Shown: one piece after another, positions 15,953 to 20,000 of the stretch | Layout: each line of letters opens with the position of its first letter | Position numbering within the stretch: position 1 is the stretch's first letter | Origin: an uncultured virus (IMG/VR IMGVR_UViG_3300010224_000009) | Lineage: Duplodnaviria > Heunggongvirae > Uroviricota > Caudoviricetes | DNA length: 20,000 nt | Reading direction: 5' to 3' (one strand) | Virus record (IMG/VR): IMGVR_UViG_3300010224_000009 | Translations under genes and position numbers: made by a program | Notes under the pieces: model-generated | Told to the model about the DNA's origin: nothing | Seen by the model: only the letters and a program-made list of their open reading frames with translations | The model's database searches: none

Positions 15953-16645
15953 ATGACCCAGAAGAATGTGGATAAAATCAAAGACAAGATTTCCAAGCTG
16001 CTGGCCAAGGCTAACGGCACGGAAAACGCGGCCGAAAGCGCTGCCTTCATGGCGAAGGTGGAAGAACTGCTGACCGCGCACCAACTTTCCATGGGGGACG
16101 TTATTAAGAACGACCCGATGGAGCGGACCGTGCTTTTCGTTGCGCCCGTGGCCTACCGCCCGTGGCACTACCTGATCCCGCAGATTGTCGGCGAGTACTA
16201 CGGCTGCAAGGTGATTGCAGTGAAGGAACGCAACAGAACGCTGATGGTGGCCGTTGGCCGGGAGAGCACGCGCGTCACGGCGGAAATGATGCTGCCGTTT
16301 ATTGTTGGCCAGTTGCGCGAACAAGCGGCGGAATACCGCAAGAAAACGCTTTACAGCGCCAAGAAATCCATGCACGATGTTTGTGACGCCTTTTGTCACC
16401 GGCTGATGCAATTGATTGAAATGCGCCAAGAAACGGCCAAGGCGCATGGCAACACGGACCGCGCCCTTGTGCTGATGGATGAGGCCGACGCCGCTATGGC
16501 GGAATTTTTTCCGGACGCCAAAAACAAGCAAGGGCGGCAACTGGACCTGACCGACCTTGGTCGCGAACTGGCCGACAAGGTTAAAATCGAGCAGCAGGTC
16601 GGCGGCACGGGCGGCGAAAAACTGTTGCTTGCCGCCGCGAGCTAA
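15953..16645 (+). CDS. DUF2786 domain-containing protein
   Basis: DKIKDKISKLLAKANGTENAAESAAFMAKVEELLTAHQLS is the DUF2786 N-terminal signature. Confidence 0.85.
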   Translation: MTQKNVDKIKDKISKLLAKANGTENAAESAAFMAKVEELLTAHQLSMGDVIKNDPMERTVLFVAPVAYRPWHYLIPQIVGEYYGCKVIAVKERNRTLMVAVGRESTRVTAEMMLPFIVGQLREQAAEYRKKTLYSAKKSMHDVCDAFCHRLMQLIEMRQETAKAHGNTDRALVLMDEADAAMAEFFPDAKNKQGRQLDLTDLGRELADKVKIEQQVGGTGGEKLLLAAAS

Positions 16646-16724
16646 TATGAACCCGGACCGGGCGACGGCTATAATGAATAGCGGTCCGGTAACGTAAGGC
16701 AGGCCCCATCATCCTGCCAAGCGT

Positions 16725-16773
16725 GGCCCCAAGGTTGACAACGTTCAGCCAGCCTTGGGGTCTTTTCCCTTTT
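16725..16773 (+). terminator. Intrinsic terminator
   Basis: GGCCCCAAGGTTG/CAGCCTTGGGGTC stem with G-U pairs, followed by TTTTCCCTTTT. Confidence 0.7.
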
Positions 16774-16786
16774 GTGGAGGCCCCAA

Positions 16787-17050
16787 ATGGACGAAACAAT
16801 TTTAGACAAATTAGACCGACCCGCCGAGGAAGGCGAGGAGACCGAGGCGCTGGAAGTGCTGGCGTTCCTTGAAACGCTAGGCGCGACCGTTATTAAGGCG
16901 TGGGGCAACGACTTCCGCGTTTGGGTAGGCAACATTTATGTCTGCCGTATGCCCTTCATCCAAAATCCGAAAAATGCAACCGTTGAGCTTGAAATTGCAC
17001 AAGAGACGGTGAAGATGGTTAAGGAACACATAGCGAATGCAAGCGCCTAA
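16787..17050 (+). CDS. Hypothetical protein
   Basis: GGAGG RBS, ATG 16787 (MDETILDK...). Confidence 0.75.
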   Translation: MDETILDKLDRPAEEGEETEALEVLAFLETLGATVIKAWGNDFRVWVGNIYVCRMPFIQNPKNATVELEIAQETVKMVKEHIANASA

Positions 17051-17318
17051 GATGCAATGGAGACCGGCCCGCGTGCGGGCGCAGGGCGGCGAAGAGTTAA
17101 TGGCGGGTAAGGTGCAAATCGGCAGCGCCTTTCTAGACGTAATGCGGCCACAAGGTACGCCCGCCCGGTATTGCGTGGTCACCCGCCTGCCCGGTATCAA
17201 ACCGGCGGAGCAGAACCGGCATAAGCCGACACTGGAAGAAGCGAAGCGCATGGTCGAAAGTATTGCGCGGACATGGTTTGGCTGGCTGGATGAGGAGGGA
17301 AGTAATGGCCAAGTATAA
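17037..17318 (+). CDS. Hypothetical protein
   Basis: AAGGA RBS; overlaps neighbours; ends TLEEAKRMVESIARTWF. Confidence 0.7.
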   Translation: MQAPKMQWRPARVRAQGGEELMAGKVQIGSAFLDVMRPQGTPARYCVVTRLPGIKPAEQNRHKPTLEEAKRMVESIARTWFGWLDEEGSNGQV

Positions 17319-17613
17319 ATACGAGCGAATTGAGTGTTTCAACTATAACCGCACGCCGGAAGAACTTGCGGAATACTTGAACAATAATGCCGTGCATGGC
17401 TGGCGGCTGCAGTCATTGTTCCGCATTAACGAAACTACTTTCGAAATACTGTTCGAGCGCGACGGTTATGCCGAGGTCGCGCAAGAATTACTTGCGACAA
17501 CTAAGGCAGCGCCGCTGGAGCCGGAAAGCTATAATTTTCCTAAAATTACCCGGCTGGCAGCGGCCAAGCGGGAGAAAAACAACGGGCGGAAGCCATGGTG
17601 GCGCAAGTGGTAG
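17305..17613 (+). CDS. DUF4177-like protein
   Basis: GAGGAGG RBS; MAKYKYERIE...PEELAEYLNNNAVHGWRLQ...ILFER. Confidence 0.6.
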   Translation: MAKYKYERIECFNYNRTPEELAEYLNNNAVHGWRLQSLFRINETTFEILFERDGYAEVAQELLATTKAAPLEPESYNFPKITRLAAAKREKNNGRKPWWRKW

Positions 17614-17915
17614 GCGGCACGGCAGCGGGCGGCATACGGTTGGCGGCGGAACCCGTGCCAGAGGCCATGGAGCAGGTCGCTGGCGTGGTTTTGCCGGGTT
17701 TGGGTATGGCAGTGGCCGGGGCGCTACAAAACGCGCTGGAGGGCGGCTATAGCGGTTTCCTTGTGGCGCATACCGACCACGAGATTGCATGGGACCTTAT
17801 GGAAAAGGATAGCAGTGTGGAAGCCTTTGCCACCGCTGCCGACGAGCGCGACCAACTGGACCAGTTCCATGCAACTTTGGTTAAAATTATCAAGTTCCTG
17901 TTAATAAGGGATTAA
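17595..17915 (+). CDS. Hypothetical protein
   Basis: 106 aa; start uncertain; its stop lies within the CtrA box. Confidence 0.55.
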   Translation: MVAQVVGGTAAGGIRLAAEPVPEAMEQVAGVVLPGLGMAVAGALQNALEGGYSGFLVAHTDHEIAWDLMEKDSSVEAFATAADERDQLDQFHATLVKIIKFLLIRD

Positions 17916-17919
17916 CCAT
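17890..17919 (+). promoter_or_regulatory. Full CtrA consensus site with a third in-phase half-site
   Basis: TCAA-N7-TTAA-TAAGGGA-TTAACCAT. Confidence 0.6.
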
Positions 17920-17995
17920 GATGGCCGAACCTGTGCTGATGCTGATAATTGCGCTTGCGGCGCTTGTGGCGATCATGCTAACAAGTCGGTCATGA
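17918..17995 (+). CDS. Possible 25-aa membrane peptide
   Basis: MMAEPVLMLIIALAALVAIMLTSRS after AAGGGA. Confidence 0.4.
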   Translation: MMAEPVLMLIIALAALVAIMLTSRS

Positions 17996-18038
17996 ACAAC
18001 GACGGAGAATTTACTCCGTAAAAGGAGGCTTTTAGGCC

Positions 18039-18362
18039 GTGAAATTTGTGATGTATATGAGCGGAAAAACAAAGTCCACACAATGGCACCGGGAGGAGGA
18101 CACCCCGGCTGCGGTTGTCAATGTGCCGCTGATCCTGCGGGATCGGGTTAAGCACCTGCTGGAAGGTGCAGAAGCGGTGGAAGCCGAACCGGACCGCCTG
18201 CCGTGGGTGGCGACCGACGTTTTGGGCGACATTGCCAGTGATCAAGTTGACGACTGCCCCAAGGGGTCGCCCATGCACGACCTGATGATGAACGTGTTGG
18301 ACCTTTGCGCCAACGAATGCGATTGTGGCGTGGTCCACATTGTAGGCGGGGCGGCAGCGTGA
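18039..18362 (+). CDS. Hypothetical protein
   Basis: AGGAGG RBS before GTG. Confidence 0.75.
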   Translation: MKFVMYMSGKTKSTQWHREEDTPAAVVNVPLILRDRVKHLLEGAEAVEAEPDRLPWVATDVLGDIASDQVDDCPKGSPMHDLMMNVLDLCANECDCGVVHIVGGAAA

Positions 18363-18571
18363 CAGAGCAGCGGCAACGGAAGCCGATACGGCAGAACCTA
18401 CTGGACATTGCCAAGGCAAACCCGACATGGAACCTTGTGCAGATACTGGAAAAGCAGCGGGAGAAATACCCGCGATATACCGAAACGGCGGCGCGACAAG
18501 CGCTGCGGCGGGAAGGCATGCCCCGGTCAAAGCCCCGGTTGCGCAACGGGCGGCAGTTTATTGACCGTTAA
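18359..18571 (+). CDS. Small basic protein, possibly HTH DNA-binding
   Basis: GTGA overlap; IRQNLLDIAKANPTWNLVQILEK...TETAARQALRREGM. Confidence 0.6.
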   Translation: MTEQRQRKPIRQNLLDIAKANPTWNLVQILEKQREKYPRYTETAARQALRREGMPRSKPRLRNGRQFIDR

Positions 18572-18642
18572 CCATGGTCCCCGAAGGCGCTTGCCTTTGG
18601 GGATTTATCCGCATAGAACGAGATCAGGAACAACGGAGCGAG
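18557..18642 (+). promoter_or_regulatory. CtrA-like box, hairpin-embedded promoter and GGAGCGAG RBS
   Basis: TTTA-N7-TTAACCAT (18568)-15 nt-TTGCCT (18591)-17 nt-TAGAAC; stem TCCCCGAAGGC/GCCTTTGGGGA; GGAGCGAG at 18635. Confidence 0.7.
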
Positions 18643-18646
18643 GCCA

Positions 18647-18994
18647 ATGGCGCAAAAGATAAAGCTGCGGAAATACTGGTATAACCTGCACGGGCTGACC
18701 CATACGTTTGAAACGTTTGAGGACCTTGGTCATTGGTTCAAGAAACTGGCCGACGACCGCCGTACGGCTGCGATGGGCAAGCGAACGATTAAGGAAGCTC
18801 GCTATCAGGAAGGCTTTGCGGCGGGGCTTGGTATTGCTTCAGATATCATGCTGGCGCTGCGCGTGACCCCAAACGACATGGGCGAATTAACCGTTGACGA
18901 ACGCATTGCCATTGAGCAGTTGCGCAGCTGCGAGGCCGTCATTGTGCGCAAGGGAACAACCGTGGGCGAACTGCTTAAAGGGATAAAGGCGTGA
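18647..18994 (+). CDS. Hypothetical protein
   Basis: Own predicted promoter and RBS; 115 aa. Confidence 0.8.
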   Translation: MAQKIKLRKYWYNLHGLTHTFETFEDLGHWFKKLADDRRTAAMGKRTIKEARYQEGFAAGLGIASDIMLALRVTPNDMGELTVDERIAIEQLRSCEAVIVRKGTTVGELLKGIKA

Positions 18995-19221
18995 GAGGCA
19001 TCGCGTTCCATGTGGACAAGGTGCGGCACGGGATCACGTGCAGCCGTTGCGGGACGACCGCTGTTGCTGGCACCATGTTTGTTGACCAATGGTTTAGCAG
19101 CATGGCAGAGTTGACAACTTATGTTAACGAGCGCATGCCGGATATCCCGGCAGGCTGGTCCAGCAACGGCTGGTCTGGCAAGAAGCGGGATTTGCGCTGC
19201 CAGCCATGCACGAGCAGTTAA
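18991..19221 (+). CDS. Small Zn-finger protein
   Basis: GTGA overlap; CSRCG...CQPC. Confidence 0.7.
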   Translation: MRGIAFHVDKVRHGITCSRCGTTAVAGTMFVDQWFSSMAELTTYVNERMPDIPAGWSSNGWSGKKRDLRCQPCTSS

Positions 19222-19268
19222 CCATAGTCCATGGACCGGGTTGCGCGGCCCGTGGAAAACTGTATTCT
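19218..19268 (+). promoter_or_regulatory. CtrA-like box plus hairpin-embedded promoter
   Basis: TTAACCAT (19218)-15 nt-TTGCGC (19241)-16 nt-TATTCT; stem TCCATGGACCG/CGGCCCGTGGA. Confidence 0.7.
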
Positions 19269-19291
19269 GTCCTCAACAACGGAGGCAGAAT

Positions 19292-19528
19292 ATGCGTAAA
19301 TCAGTGGCTATAAGCTTGGCGCAAACGGCGCTCATCGCTCACATGGCAGGGCATAAGCCAAACGCGCGGGTTATCCCTTGGTGGCCAAACGTGGGCCATC
19401 CTTGCTGGCGCGTGGTCGTCGGCCATTGGCATGTCTATTTCTTGCATGGCGGCATGTTTGTCAGTGCCACCGCCGCACCGCTGGTCGGGCCACCGGCAGG
19501 GCCAGATTTTAGCCTCTACATTCGTTAG
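19292..19528 (+). CDS. Hypothetical protein
   Basis: GGAGG RBS, ATG 19292; single-gene cassette between two promoter modules. Confidence 0.7.
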   Translation: MRKSVAISLAQTALIAHMAGHKPNARVIPWWPNVGHPCWRVVVGHWHVYFLHGGMFVSATAAPLVGPPAGPDFSLYIR

Positions 19529-19610
19529 GGGTCTGTTAACCATTATCCTCAATGGCGCTTGCTTTTGGGGATAAGTCCGTTATGTTGGTTTTCAACTAAA
19601 CAGGAGCGAG
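19525..19610 (+). promoter_or_regulatory. CtrA-like box, hairpin-embedded promoter and GGAGCGAG RBS
   Basis: TTAG-N7-TTAACCAT (19536)-15 nt-TTGCTT (19559)-16 nt-TATGTT; stem TTATCCTCAATGGC/GCTTTTGGGGATAA; GGAGCGAG at 19603. Confidence 0.7.
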
Positions 19611-19615
19611 TGACA

Positions 19616-20000
19616 ATGAAACATTATTACATCAGCTTGGCCTTGGCCGTGGCCGTGGCTGGAACCGGCATGGCGGTCAGCGTGGCACGGGGCGGCGCGC
19701 CGATATTTGCCGAACAAAAGTCCGTTTCTGGATTTGACCAGAATAAAAATCCGTTTACCGATTTCGCTAGAATACAACAGTATGACCCGGACGAGCCGCA
19801 TTTCTGGCGGCTGGCCATTAAAGACGGAAACATTAAAATTGAGGATGACTTTGAAAGCGCTAGAGATTGCTTTCTAAGCACGTTCACAGAGGACGAGCCA
19901 GATGGCCCTTGGCGGACATGCGTTGCGCTTGACGAGCCGTCTGAGGGCTTTCTAGCGCTATATATCTCCTCACGTATTGGTCGACACGCGGGCGCGGCTG
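19616..20000 (+). CDS. Hypothetical protein with signal peptide or membrane anchor; runs off the window
   Basis: ATG 19616; MKHYYISLALAVAVAGTGMAVSVARGGAPIFAEQKSVSGFDQNKNPFTDFARIQQYD..., open to the window end. Confidence 0.7.
   Translation, partial: MKHYYISLALAVAVAGTGMAVSVARGGAPIFAEQKSVSGFDQNKNPFTDFARIQQYDPDEPHFWRLAIKDGNIKIEDDFESARDCFLSTFTEDEPDGPWRTCVALDEPSEGFLALYISSRIGRHAGAA
19717..19774. repeat. Second tandem pair of 29-bp units, inside a CDS
   Basis: AAAGTCCGTTTCTGGATTTGACCAGAATA (19717-19745) plus AAAATCCGTTTACCGATTTCGCTAGAATA (19746-19774). Confidence 0.9.

Noticed and set aside
11539..16540. Long minus-strand ORFs (11539-12495, 13355-13936, 14149-14997, 15914-16540)
   Set aside because: They lie opposite well-supported plus-strand genes with RBSs and promoters, and their translations show no motifs.
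16798..16810. AATTTTAGACAAA matching the 44-bp array unit
   Set aside because: It is a single copy inside a coding sequence (TILDK) with no phased neighbours and may be chance.
1..20000. tRNA, rRNA, integrase, transposase or structural genes
   Set aside because: No cloverleaf, rRNA-like sequence or corresponding protein motifs were recognised, so lifestyle and taxonomy cannot be fixed from this window.

Overview
This 20 kb window reads as part of a tailed dsDNA bacteriophage genome, probably infecting an alphaproteobacterium. The host inference rests on CtrA-type boxes and apparently complete GANTC avoidance; no structural, lysis or integrase genes are in view. Block 1 (1-2658, minus strand) is a nucleotide-metabolism/replication operon: a putative ssDNA-binding protein, a conserved coiled-coil phage protein, an HD-domain YfbR-like nucleotidase and a divergent ThyX-fold protein running off the window. 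Block 2 (2870-10633, plus strand) is a tightly coupled run of about 28 small ORFs, including HigA-like HTH, TerB-like, Lar-like Zn-finger, WYL-domain and small membrane proteins. A non-coding gap at 10634-11459 holds a 29-bp tandem repeat and a 44-bp/11-bp phased AT-rich array. Block 3 (11460-20000, plus strand) looks like an early/host-takeover region (DUF932, DUF2786, an Ala/Lys-rich protein, small ORFs) made of short cassettes. Several of these cassettes carry a repeated module: CtrA-like box TTAACCAT, a hairpin containing a TTGC -35 element, a -10 element and a GGAGCGAG ribosome-binding site. A perfect 35-bp direct repeat (10655-10689 and 19740-19774) brackets almost all of this block, which is also GATC-poor. 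All counts were made by eye and all family calls come from motif recognition, not database searches.
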